Virus record (IMG/VR): IMGVR_UViG_3300045591_000321
Location: 3 to 64,002 of that record
Length of the DNA stretch: 64,000 nucleotides
From: a virus
Taxonomy: Duplodnaviria; Caudoviricetes
Direction: 5' to 3' (one strand)
Notes under the pieces: generated by a model
The model's input: only the letters and a program-made list of their open reading frames with translations
Databases searched by the model: none
Told to the model about the DNA's origin: nothing
Translations under genes and position numbers: made by a program
Shown here: positions 56,801 to 64,000 of the stretch, piece by piece
Layout: each line of letters begins with the position of its first letter
Position numbering within the stretch: the first letter of the stretch is position 1

Positions 56801-57650
56801 GACTGTCCAAGCGGACGGTCAGAAAGCGGCGGGCCGGGGTTTCGTAGAAAGAATGCATCCCTGTGTCCAGATCGTGTATGTAGAATCCGCGCTGCTGCCC
56901 TTCGTCATTGAAATTTAGGGAATTTACAGCCCCACAGTAAAACGTGTTGTGGCAGCTCTCCACCTGCTGTGGCCGATGTATGTGGCCCATTGCCACGAGG
57001 TCCCACCCGGCGGCGTCCAGAGTCTCCGGCATCAGAACCGGCTCAAACTGCGCAAAAAACTGCGTCTGGCCGCTCTCGGTGTTGCACCCGGGGACCGTGT
57101 AATGGGCCATCAAAACTGATTTCATGGCCGGATCGCATTGGGCTTTCAGTCCGAGCACAATCTTGCTGATTTCCTCCGTAAATACACGGCTTTCGTCCTC
57201 TTTGGAGAGGCCGGGGAACTTTGCCCGGAAGACACCGCGGTCAAACCCGGGGACGCAAGCGATATTCAGACCGCATACCTGGGTAACGCATGGCCGCGTG
57301 ATGATCTGTACTGCCTTGCTGTGCGAAAAATAGGTTTGGAGCGATTCGAACTGTTCTTCCCCATCGTGATTTGGCGTTCCTCGCATCACCACAACTGGGC
57401 AGATATCTCCCAGCGTGTCAATGACGCGGATGGCGGTCTGTACTTCGGTAAGACCACGGTCGGCCCACACCCGTGCCTGGTGGAAGATATCGCCGGAGAC
57501 AAGGATGATATCCGGCTTCTGGAGCAGAGCAATGTCGTGCAGATGATTGAGGCACATTCCGGTATCGACGGCGCGGAGATTTCGGCCGTCCTTATCCACC
57601 GGCCCGGAAAAGTTGCCGATGTGCCAGTCGGCGGTATGAAGGATTTTCAT
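53826..57650 (-). CDS. SbcD-SbcC (Mre11-Rad50-like) fusion nuclease/ATPase
   Basis: HTADWHIG, SGDIFH, GTPNHD, MGHIH nuclease motifs; GKNGAGKSS Walker A, long coiled coil, SGGEK, LFIDE. Confidence 0.92.
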   Translation of the reverse strand: MKILHTADWHIGNFSGPVDKDGRNLRAVDTGMCLNHLHDIALLQKPDIILVSGDIFHQARVWADRGLTEVQTAIRVIDTLGDICPVVVMRGTPNHDGEEQFESLQTYFSHSKAVQIITRPCVTQVCGLNIACVPGFDRGVFRAKFPGLSKEDESRVFTEEISKIVLGLKAQCDPAMKSVLMAHYTVPGCNTESGQTQFFAQFEPVLMPETLDAAGWDLVAMGHIHRPQQVESCHNTFYCGAVNSLNFNDEGQQRGFYIHDLDTGMHSFYETPARRFLTVRLDSQKIDAYINGGFLPVNPCIEAKDKIVRVLYTCTEEQNKALNRAEMEHDLYDAFGAFWVAGIEPEKVTIGTSKEELSEKTDPEKNLVDYLKEKGLPDSDIGVIIEAARPIIAEATAGNQASRYTGAFVPISIEVKNYRNYSDEHFDFGNVSFCTINGKNGAGKSSLFMDAILDCLYEEPREGDLTGWIRADESAHSGSIIFVFSIGDHTFRVTRTRTKSGKATLNLSEFVSGEWEDRSSERIKETQAAIIDVLGMDSLTFRSCALIMQDQYGLFLEASKEDRMTILGNILGLGIYDGMEGIARDRVAEASRQIARRQAVIANLAQEASGADAVRAEYESTGQEATAAKSALDTAMLQKENISLKLAGRREAFDKAVKLTTDINTAEGKNAELTRLQNEQRGIISSADDILRDEDVIHANASKSTALAEKEKELLQRRSAAVTRLETLNATSAQITTLKINIGQAEKNKLSAGQRIEAIGQQIATAQKGESASAELQSVVAGIAAMESKEREYRDISDQLSKAQAVFAEAETSFKVEAAERKRAVETYQAKAKMLKDSQCVDVANASCRFLADAKAAQKQLETYIPDCTAWKSNQLHRLEQMKSELEAGKSKQQGTGYDPDALMGLRGRADTLRPQAAEYAKVGLYQDMLYRETENKAHIEQNLHDSNERLESLQSEISGLEKLKANIAAMDAELSALREQINQVSEWVEKGKQLPVATERKATAQRRVEEIDKEISDTFSRLSMLRAEYDAAMKDAAGKDELEAQLKDAAALVSTKQDQISAIHARLGSLSERLEQIKKKESEIRSMQDEVNAFSHQSATYSTLKQAFSQDGIPHNIIRSMLPLLTTTANTILGQMTGGKMGMEFITDKVLKSNSRKEVPTLDIVINEYGKDSLPYLSKSGGEKVKASLSAILSLAEIKSSQAGIQLGMLFIDEPPFLDADGIQAYCDALETIQHRYTGLKVMAITHDPEMKSRFPQSIDIIKDDTGSHVMLE

Positions 57651-58817
57651 TTACCGCACCTCCAGCTGGCATTTCACACAGAGTGGGCGACCGTATTTAT
57701 CGACAGAGTAGTCATAGACTTTCGCCGAAATTATGGCTCCACATACCTCGCAGACATAATTGTCTTCGAGACTTTCCTCTTTGTACGACTGTGCCGGAGG
57801 CTGTTTTACTGCACTTTCGGGAATCCGCTCCTCCGCTGGTTCCTCGCCGTCGGGTAACTCAGAGGCAAATGCGGGGTTCGCGGCAAAAGCTTCAGCGTCA
57901 AAGGCTTTTTCCGGAGCCGTCGGCAAGCTGTCCTGAAGGACCGGGGCCGAAGCTGCCGGGGCGCTCCCAAACAGTGCCGCGGTGGAACCGATCTCCTGAT
58001 TAAGCAGCGCCGCGCGAATCTGCGGATCGTTGTAGTCCGGGCTGAACGTAACGCGGGGAATGGCAAACGGCTTTGAAAGCTCCGCCTTTGTGTATGTGCC
58101 TTTCAACCCGGTCAGGGCACGCACCGTGCGGAGTATTGCGCCGGTCAAGGCCTTTTCACACATGGTCTTCCGGAGAAGTGCCATATTCACCATGACGCCG
58201 CGTTCAATGTACTGCTCGCGGTCCTTCTCGTCGACAAAGAACGCTTGAACTTCTTTTCCATACTTGTTCTTTACCGGTTTCCAACTGCCGGAAAACATCT
58301 CGGCGGCGGCCTTGGCCTGCCGCTCGTCAGCAATGCCTTTCAAGCTTTTGTCCATGAATTCCAGCCGGTAGTTATCCTCGGAATCATGGAGATTGATAAT
58401 TTTTTCGTCCGCATGGGTTTTCCATGTGCCATCCGGCATCTTCATGGCCCCATAGGCACGGCCGCGATAGACGTTTTTGTCACCGCCGACGTATTCACCG
58501 CCGGTGTGAGCCGGGTCGAACTGGATGCCGGCTGCCGCCGCAATCTTCATCAGGAGCGGCTTCGCGGGAGAATAGACATCCTCATAGATGCCCTTTTCGT
58601 ACTCTTCCCCCTGCCGGTTCGTCCTTGTTTCGCTCCCAACCTTGACGTTCCCAACCTTGAAAATATCTCCGGAATTATCCGAAGTGTCAGCCTTGACCTC
58701 CATTACCGTCATTTTATAGAACGGCGACATTTGCTCCGAGGTGCTCATAGGCATCAACAGATTGCAGCCTTTATACCTCTCGTTGATAATCGAGAGAGAA
58801 TCGTTATTGTCTTGCAT
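57651..58817 (-). CDS. Putative recombination protein with C-terminal C4 zinc finger
   Basis: Adjacent to sbcCD; ends YVCEVCG...YGRPLCVKCQ. Confidence 0.65.
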   Translation of the reverse strand: MQDNNDSLSIINERYKGCNLLMPMSTSEQMSPFYKMTVMEVKADTSDNSGDIFKVGNVKVGSETRTNRQGEEYEKGIYEDVYSPAKPLLMKIAAAAGIQFDPAHTGGEYVGGDKNVYRGRAYGAMKMPDGTWKTHADEKIINLHDSEDNYRLEFMDKSLKGIADERQAKAAAEMFSGSWKPVKNKYGKEVQAFFVDEKDREQYIERGVMVNMALLRKTMCEKALTGAILRTVRALTGLKGTYTKAELSKPFAIPRVTFSPDYNDPQIRAALLNQEIGSTAALFGSAPAASAPVLQDSLPTAPEKAFDAEAFAANPAFASELPDGEEPAEERIPESAVKQPPAQSYKEESLEDNYVCEVCGAIISAKVYDYSVDKYGRPLCVKCQLEVR

Positions 58818-58826
58818 ATATCCTCC

Positions 58827-59024
58827 TTAGTCCACGCGAACGGCGCGGAAGTGATCGTCCCCGGCACTGTCTTTCCAAGCGGAAATGACTGTGTCGGCAA
58901 GGGAAGCCGTGCCGGTGTGCTGCACTTTGGAAATGGCTCTCATGACGTCCAACGGCGGCTTGGAAAGGCCATCGACCAGCAAACAGAACATTTCACTGGC
59001 GCACTGTGCTTCATACGTTTTCAT
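58827..59024 (-). CDS. Hypothetical protein
   Basis: Small ORF with GGGAG RBS. Confidence 0.5.
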   Translation of the reverse strand: MKTYEAQCASEMFCLLVDGLSKPPLDVMRAISKVQHTGTASLADTVISAWKDSAGDDHFRAVRVD

Positions 59025-59529
59025 AATCCACTCCCTGTTCGGCGATCCATTGCAGGATCGCATCCTTCTTGATGGTTCCACCTGAAGCCGGCAGCGGAGC
59101 AATGAACTGCTCTTTAAATCGCTGGTACAGGCCGCCGCGCTCGGCGGCAACCTGGCCAATGAAAGCCGAAAGGACATTCAGCGCTAAATCCGCAGGGCCG
59201 CTCCCCGCATAGCCCCACTCGAACCCGTCCGGGCTGTGCCGGACGATCCGTTGCTGAATGTTAACCGAAGCAGTCCCGTCCGGATTTCTTGAACAGACGA
59301 TATCGTGCTGGAACAAAGGTCCAACGGCTCTTACGGGCGCATCGGGGGCCTGTCTCCCATCGCCCTTCCGGCTGGAAATCGAAGCCTTAGTCTTTCGGCT
59401 CGGTGTCTTCGGCTGATGCGGAATGGCGGTCCCGAACAGTTTTCTGTAGCAGTACGGACCATACCCGGCTTCCACGGATTCGGGGGATTTCAGCCGCCGC
59501 CCGCAGCGATTACATTGCATCAGGATCAC
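59011..59529 (-). CDS. DUF6011 plus DUF6166-like protein
   Basis: C.RCGR.L..PES...GYGP.C and HSPDGFEWGY.GSGPA.LA motifs. Confidence 0.75.
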   Translation of the reverse strand: MILMQCNRCGRRLKSPESVEAGYGPYCYRKLFGTAIPHQPKTPSRKTKASISSRKGDGRQAPDAPVRAVGPLFQHDIVCSRNPDGTASVNIQQRIVRHSPDGFEWGYAGSGPADLALNVLSAFIGQVAAERGGLYQRFKEQFIAPLPASGGTIKKDAILQWIAEQGVDYENV

Positions 59530-59809
59530 CTTCCAAGAGATTTACGTCATGATCCGGTTCGGTTTCCGGGACGCTTGAATCATCCGTCATGGTGTTTGTA
59601 ATTTCCGCTGTACCAAAATTCTCAATAACCAAGGAAACCGTCCCGGGAAATTTTGCACTCTCCCGATCTTTCTTGATCAGTCCCAAGGCATCCGCAATGT
59701 AAGCGGCAATTGCCTTTTCGTTGATCTCAATGTCCGGAAAGTCCCCGCTCGTAATATTAACCGTGCCAGTGACATTAAGGCTGATGGTCCCTTTTTTCAG
59801 ACCTTTCAT
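59510..59809 (-). CDS. Hypothetical protein
   Basis: Coupled ORF. Confidence 0.55.
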   Translation of the reverse strand: MKGLKKGTISLNVTGTVNITSGDFPDIEINEKAIAAYIADALGLIKKDRESAKFPGTVSLVIENFGTAEITNTMTDDSSVPETEPDHDVNLLEGDPDAM

Positions 59810-59893
59810 TTGACATTCTCCGATCTGCGATATATAATCGCGATAAGGTGTTTTTTACTGCCGCTTTTCCGATTGCAGTCGGAAAGCGGCTTT

Positions 59894-60283
59894 TTATTTG
59901 TCATTTTCGTCCCTTGCGTAATCGGGATACCTAATTTTTACGGCTTCCAGCATGTAAGGCAAAAAGCAATTACAGAACAGACTTTCCGGCGTGAAGTCGG
60001 CTGCTTCTTCGTCCGTCTGGCCGCAGTAGCCGTTGTACAAATTGAACGCAAGTCGAGTGATTTTGATGCTTGTCCCGGTCTGCCACGCGGAATGCGGGCC
60101 ATATAAGCCGGCAAATTCGATTCCGTTTTCTTTGAAGTCGTACAGCGTGTTGATGTTGTTGCGCGTCTCATCGGTAAGGCCAAGCGCATAGAACAATGAT
60201 TTGCGGTATGGGTCTTCCTGGCTGTGTGTCCGGGCAATCATTTTTTCAAAAAAGCTCTGGTGAAGACCGTCCTTAAACCTCAT
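59894..60283 (-). CDS. DUF6075-like protein
   Basis: D.Y..SLFY.LG, WQTGTS.KITRLAFNLYNG. Confidence 0.75.
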   Translation of the reverse strand: MRFKDGLHQSFFEKMIARTHSQEDPYRKSLFYALGLTDETRNNINTLYDFKENGIEFAGLYGPHSAWQTGTSIKITRLAFNLYNGYCGQTDEEAADFTPESLFCNCFLPYMLEAVKIRYPDYARDENDK

Positions 60284-60536
60284 GCTGTCTCTCCCCTTCC
60301 ATATCGCGTTTACTGCGGCGAAATCCAAGCCGATAAGCGGTGGAAGCGGTGTGTATAGTCCGAGCCTTGGTGCCGATCTGGCGAACATGAATCACTCCGG
60401 CAAAACACACCAGGCAACCTACGACGGCCGTCGGCACCGTATAAACCAAATCAGAGCCGGTATGAGAAGCTTCGGCGGCCAAGAGAACAACGGCAATGCC
60501 AATCACAGATGCGGACTTCCAAAGAATCTTTTTCAC
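60273..60536 (-). CDS. Small membrane protein
   Basis: Two hydrophobic segments. Confidence 0.55.
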   Translation of the reverse strand: MKKILWKSASVIGIAVVLLAAEASHTGSDLVYTVPTAVVGCLVCFAGVIHVRQIGTKARTIHTASTAYRLGFRRSKRDMEGERQHEV

Positions 60537-60702
60537 GCCACGTTCACCTCCTTCTGGCGCAGCCCATCGGTAAACTCACGCAAGCCATCCCAGGTCGGCG
60601 CTGTGTCCGCCATACCGCAACAGGCAAAATAGAGAGTAGCGACGCGGAACGGAATGGCTTTCCAGCCGGAGATTTGCTCTTTGCTCATAATCTCTTTCCT
60701 CC

Positions 60703-60903
60703 TTACGCTTCAAAATTGATTGATTTCGGGTCCACTTTCATGCGTTCGCAAAAATATTTCGTGGATACCCGCCCTGGCCGTACATATGCCCCCTTTTCGC
60801 TCAACTCAGCGTTAAGGTCGCGAATCACCTTATATGCGGCGCTGGTCTTGCAATCCATGAGGGTCATTACGTCGGCTGGGCGGAGAAACGACGTGCCAGG
60901 CAT
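60703..60903 (-). CDS. Excisionase-like winged-helix protein
   Basis: FLRPADVM.LM.C..S.AYKVIR.LN.EL..KG....GRV. Confidence 0.75.
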   Translation of the reverse strand: MPGTSFLRPADVMTLMDCKTSAAYKVIRDLNAELSEKGAYVRPGRVSTKYFCERMKVDPKSINFEA

Positions 60904-61394
60904 TATGTATCACCTCCCAGGTTTTTTTCCACCCAAAGCTTTAGACTTTTCGCACCCTTTGAGATGGCGTCCAGATCAATTAAAATCTGTTCCAGCTTAG
61001 GGCGCTCTGTTTCATCGATTTGTCCGTCCGCCGCTATGTCAAGAAGATTCTCCCGGTCCGGCCCCGCCGCTTTGAGAAAACCCTGTAATTCAATGACCAA
61101 CCGGTCGAGCTCGTCTAAATGTACTGGGGCCACGTCGGTGCGTCCGATCGGACAATCGTGAGTGCAATAGTAATTTCGAAGTTCTGGCGCGTTATAAAGG
61201 TCTGCCATTCGCACAACCGCTTCTACCGGCACTGATTTGGTGATCCCCAGTTCATAGTCAGAAAGCGTCGAGACAGATATGTTGAGTTGCTCGGAAGCAC
61301 CTTCCCGGCTGTTAAGGCTATCGTTGTATTTTGCAGCGTTCTTCCTACACTGACAGTAGATGTTGGCAGCCGCCTTAGTAGGGGAAAATCCCAT
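60903..61394 (-). CDS. HTH regulator (CII-like)
   Basis: SREGASEQLNISVSTLSDYELG..VP...V.RMADLYNAPEL. Confidence 0.75.
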   Translation of the reverse strand: MGFSPTKAAANIYCQCRKNAAKYNDSLNSREGASEQLNISVSTLSDYELGITKSVPVEAVVRMADLYNAPELRNYYCTHDCPIGRTDVAPVHLDELDRLVIELQGFLKAAGPDRENLLDIAADGQIDETERPKLEQILIDLDAISKGAKSLKLWVEKNLGGDT

Positions 61395-61441
61395 TTTGTG
61401 CCACCTCCTTTGGCTGTAAAATAAAAGAAGCAGGTGATTAT

Positions 61442-61808
61442 TTTCTCATTTGGACATCTGTTGCCCTATTATTGTCCGTTTAAGACAATTCATCAGCAAA
61501 AAAAATTTCCTCGATAGGAAGGTGAAAAAATTCACTGATTTTTTTTGCATCATCCAATGAGAATTTTACTGTTCCAGCCTCTTTTTTGTAGTAGGCGGCT
61601 TGGGTTTTCAATCCCAACACTTCCGCCATCTGCTCACCAGATACATTTTTGCTGGTTCTCATAGACCTAAGCTTTTCAAACGTATCTATCACCTCACCTG
61701 TTTTCCAATTTGGCAACTTTATTATAGTGTCTTATTTGGAAACTGTCAATAGCATTTTAAAATAAAATTATCTGATTAAGACATTTTTTACACTTTCCTA
61801 TTTGGATA
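61442..61808. promoter_or_regulatory. Lysis/lysogeny switch: consensus lytic promoter and six 15-bp operators
   Basis: Minus-strand TTGACA (61749-61744), 17 bp, TATAAT (61726-61721); imperfect palindromes related to TTTCCAATTTGGAAA at 61442, 61473, 61702, 61728, 61769, 61794. Confidence 0.78.
61480..61692 (-). CDS. Cro-like repressor (GTG start)
   Basis: KLRSMR...EQMAEVLGLKT..AYYKKE.G..FS; divergent from cI. Confidence 0.85.
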   Translation of the reverse strand: MIDTFEKLRSMRTSKNVSGEQMAEVLGLKTQAAYYKKEAGTVKFSLDDAKKISEFFHLPIEEIFFADELS

Positions 61809-61829
61809 ATATATAATCGTGCAGAGGGG

Positions 61830-62171
61830 GTGATTGTCTTGAACAGGTTACGCGAACTGCGACAGGAAAAAGAAATCAGTCAAAAAGAACTTGCGAAGAT
61901 GCTCAAAGTGCAAAATTCCGCCATCTCGAAATATGAGACCGGACGAGTTGCCTTATCGGATGAAACCATAAAAAAGCTGACCGCGATATTTGATGTTTCT
62001 GCTGACTACCTTTTGGGGATTTCAGACATAAAAAAAGAGCCCACCATAAAAAGGCAGGCTCTTCCCCCCGTGCAACAGGAGTTGCTAAAATCCGTTGAAG
62101 ATCTTTCGGTCGATGAAACTAAGAAAGTTCGTGAGTACGCAGAATTTGTAAAGTCTCAGCGTAAGAAATAA
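61830..62171 (+). CDS. CI-like XRE repressor
   Basis: RLRELRQEKEISQKELAKML.V..SAISKYETG; short helical C-terminal domain, no peptidase domain. Confidence 0.9.
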   Translation: MIVLNRLRELRQEKEISQKELAKMLKVQNSAISKYETGRVALSDETIKKLTAIFDVSADYLLGISDIKKEPTIKRQALPPVQQELLKSVEDLSVDETKKVREYAEFVKSQRKK

Positions 62172-62262
62172 TTCGCTGGACTTCATCATCGGTCATTTCT
62201 TGAGTTATCTGCAGAAGCTTCTGGAGCTCAAATTCTTTCTCCCTTTCTGGGTCATTTTCCAC
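62119..62262 (-). CDS. 47-aa ORF antisense to the cI 3' end, resembling the cI C-terminal helix pair (absent from the ORF track)
   Basis: AGGTGA RBS, 5 nt, GTG; MENDPEREKEFELQKLLQITQEMTDDEVQRIISYAETLQILRTHELS. Confidence 0.55.
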   Translation of the reverse strand: MENDPEREKEFELQKLLQITQEMTDDEVQRIISYAETLQILRTHELS

Positions 62263-62402
62263 TTGTATCACCTGATTTTATAAAAAATCTGATACACGCG
62301 TGTACTGATTACATTATAACTTATAAATGGTTCTTTGCCCATAATAATTTTAGATAAATTTACCATCCACATAAGCAAATTTCATGTAAGGAAGCATTAG
62401 CC

Positions 62403-62861
62403 ATGGAAGAGAAGGTACTTATTGAAGGTGTCGCAAACCCTCTGTCAAAACATAATCTTGCATTGAAAAACGGTCATGGTGTACTAACTAATAAGCGGTT
62501 CATATTCTGTAAACACAATATCGCCAAAATATTAGCTATTGGTATATGGGTCAATCTGACCAAAGGCGATTACGATTACGATATTCCAATTGAAAAAATC
62601 GTAAAGGCAGAGGTCATAAGCAAGGGGATCCGTGGAGATATACTTTACATCTATACGGACGACGGAAACGTACATAAATACGGAATCTTAAAGGCTGTGG
62701 ATTGGAAGATTGCTTTTTCAAACGCTCTTTCTGGACACGAGCAGAGCCAGGATAAGGCCCCGCAGCCGGCAGCGGATGTACAAAAGAACTTTTGCTCGAA
62801 TTGCGGAGGGAAGCTCTCCGAAGCCGATAAATTTTGCCCCAATTGCGGAGCAAAGATTTAG
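62403..62861 (+). CDS. PH/GRAM-like domain plus zinc-ribbon protein (lysogeny module)
   Basis: G.LTNKRFIF...IPIEKI pattern; C-terminal CSNCG...FCPNCG. Confidence 0.7.
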   Translation: MEEKVLIEGVANPLSKHNLALKNGHGVLTNKRFIFCKHNIAKILAIGIWVNLTKGDYDYDIPIEKIVKAEVISKGIRGDILYIYTDDGNVHKYGILKAVDWKIAFSNALSGHEQSQDKAPQPAADVQKNFCSNCGGKLSEADKFCPNCGAKI

Positions 62862-62875
62862 AAGGAGGTGCGATC

Positions 62876-64000
62876 ATGCCGGTCTATAAGGACGAAAAAA
62901 GGAAAACATGGTACGCCTCCGTTTGTTATAAGGATTGGACTGGCACGCTGCGGCGCAAGGTCAAGCGCGGGTTCAAAAAGGAACGCGACGCCAAGGCATG
63001 GGAACACGAATTCTCCCTCCAACAGAGCAAAACCTGCGATATGTCATTGAAAGCTTTGTCTGAACTATATTTCAAGGATATGGCTACCAGAATTAAAACC
63101 AGCTCCATAGAAACCAAAATGTCGATATTCGAAACTCACATTCTCCCCTTTTTAGGTAAACTCCCGGTCAATGAGATTTCGCCCGCTGCCATCCGTTCCT
63201 GGCAATCGGAATTGATGTCCGCCACCAAAACGAATAAAAGCGGCGAAAAGGTTCCAAAATACAGCCAGCCGTACCTCAGAACCATACACGCGCAAATGTC
63301 TTCAATCATGAACTACGCCATAAAATATTATGCGCTCGATAAAAATCCATGTTTGGCAGCTGGCAGTATGGGTAAAAAGCGCACTCACGAAATGCGCTTT
63401 TGGACTGACGCACAATTCAACTTGGCCATTGAGTATTGCACGAACCCGGCCAAAAAGCTGGCGCTAAAAATCATGTTCTGGTGCGGGCTCCGTGTCGGCG
63501 AATGCCTGGCGCTTCGGCCAGTCGATATTTCAGATGGCAGCATTCGGGTAGACAAGACCTTTGTTCGAAAAGATGGTGAGGACGACAAAACCGCACCAAA
63601 GACGGATAACAGCTACCGCATCGTAACGGCCCCTGATTTCTTGTTGGCCGATATTGAAGACTATACCAGTCGGCTTTATGGGCTTCAACCGGAAGACCGT
63701 ATCCTCTATTTTGGGAAGGGGACGCTCAACAAAGAGTTGGATCGCATTGCCACAGCCGCAGGGCTTCCCCGGATCCGGATTCATGACCTCCGGCATTCTC
63801 ACGCCGCTGAACTGATCGACATGGGTTACAGCATCAGCGCGGTGGCAAAGCGGCTGGGCGATACCGAGGAAACCGTCATGTCTACATATGCGCATCTATA
63901 CCCCACAATTCAGGACCAAATCGTCGGAGATCTGGAAAAACGGCAAAACTGTATCACAAAAAAAGAAAAAGCGCATAACGATGCGCCTTCTCAGCCTTAA
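62876..64000 (+). CDS. int: Tyrosine integrase
   Basis: Arm-binding N-terminus (KRGFKKERDAKAWE); GLRVGE, PKT, HDLRHSHA, TYAHLY catalytic residues. Confidence 0.95.
   Translation: MPVYKDEKRKTWYASVCYKDWTGTLRRKVKRGFKKERDAKAWEHEFSLQQSKTCDMSLKALSELYFKDMATRIKTSSIETKMSIFETHILPFLGKLPVNEISPAAIRSWQSELMSATKTNKSGEKVPKYSQPYLRTIHAQMSSIMNYAIKYYALDKNPCLAAGSMGKKRTHEMRFWTDAQFNLAIEYCTNPAKKLALKIMFWCGLRVGECLALRPVDISDGSIRVDKTFVRKDGEDDKTAPKTDNSYRIVTAPDFLLADIEDYTSRLYGLQPEDRILYFGKGTLNKELDRIATAAGLPRIRIHDLRHSHAAELIDMGYSISAVAKRLGDTEETVMSTYAHLYPTIQDQIVGDLEKRQNCITKKEKAHNDAPSQP

Larger units (their letters stand above)
899..64000. mobile_element. Temperate prophage, contractile-tailed (PBSX/Xkd-like tail), carrying a DGR; right boundary outside the window
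   Basis: Complete ordered modules: integrase, cI/cro, replication, terminase, portal, capsid, sheath/tube, baseplate, lysis. Confidence 0.93.

Overview
Almost the whole window (about 899 to beyond 64000) is one apparently intact temperate myovirus-type prophage of a Clostridia host (probably Oscillospiraceae; inference). It is likely integrated at the 3' end of guaA. From right to left it carries: a tyrosine integrase, a cI/cro switch with six operators, a minus-strand early/replication region (SbcD-SbcC fusion, DnaD-type initiator with iterons, two DNA methyltransferases, PcfK/PcfJ, RecU, DnaN clamp, SNF2 helicase), tRNA-Thr, terminases, portal, MuF plus an ADP-ribosyltransferase, head genes, a contractile tail and baseplate, a diversity-generating retroelement (DGR), lysis genes, and an accessory block (small-gene operon, HicAB, HTH genes). 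The standout is the DGR. It has THREE tandem 111-nt template repeats (TR1-TR3) between avd and the RT, each followed by its own conserved structured spacer. The single variable repeat in the tail-tip CLec/FGE-fold target gene is a chimera: 5' part from TR1, 3' part from TR2, with only 4 mismatches, all at template adenines. The RT carries a HicA-like domain insertion, and Avd carries a C4 zinc finger shared with a gene in the phage recombination module. Together this suggests a multi-template DGR that combines cassette shuffling with adenine mutagenesis. All family calls come from motif recognition by eye; no database searches were run.
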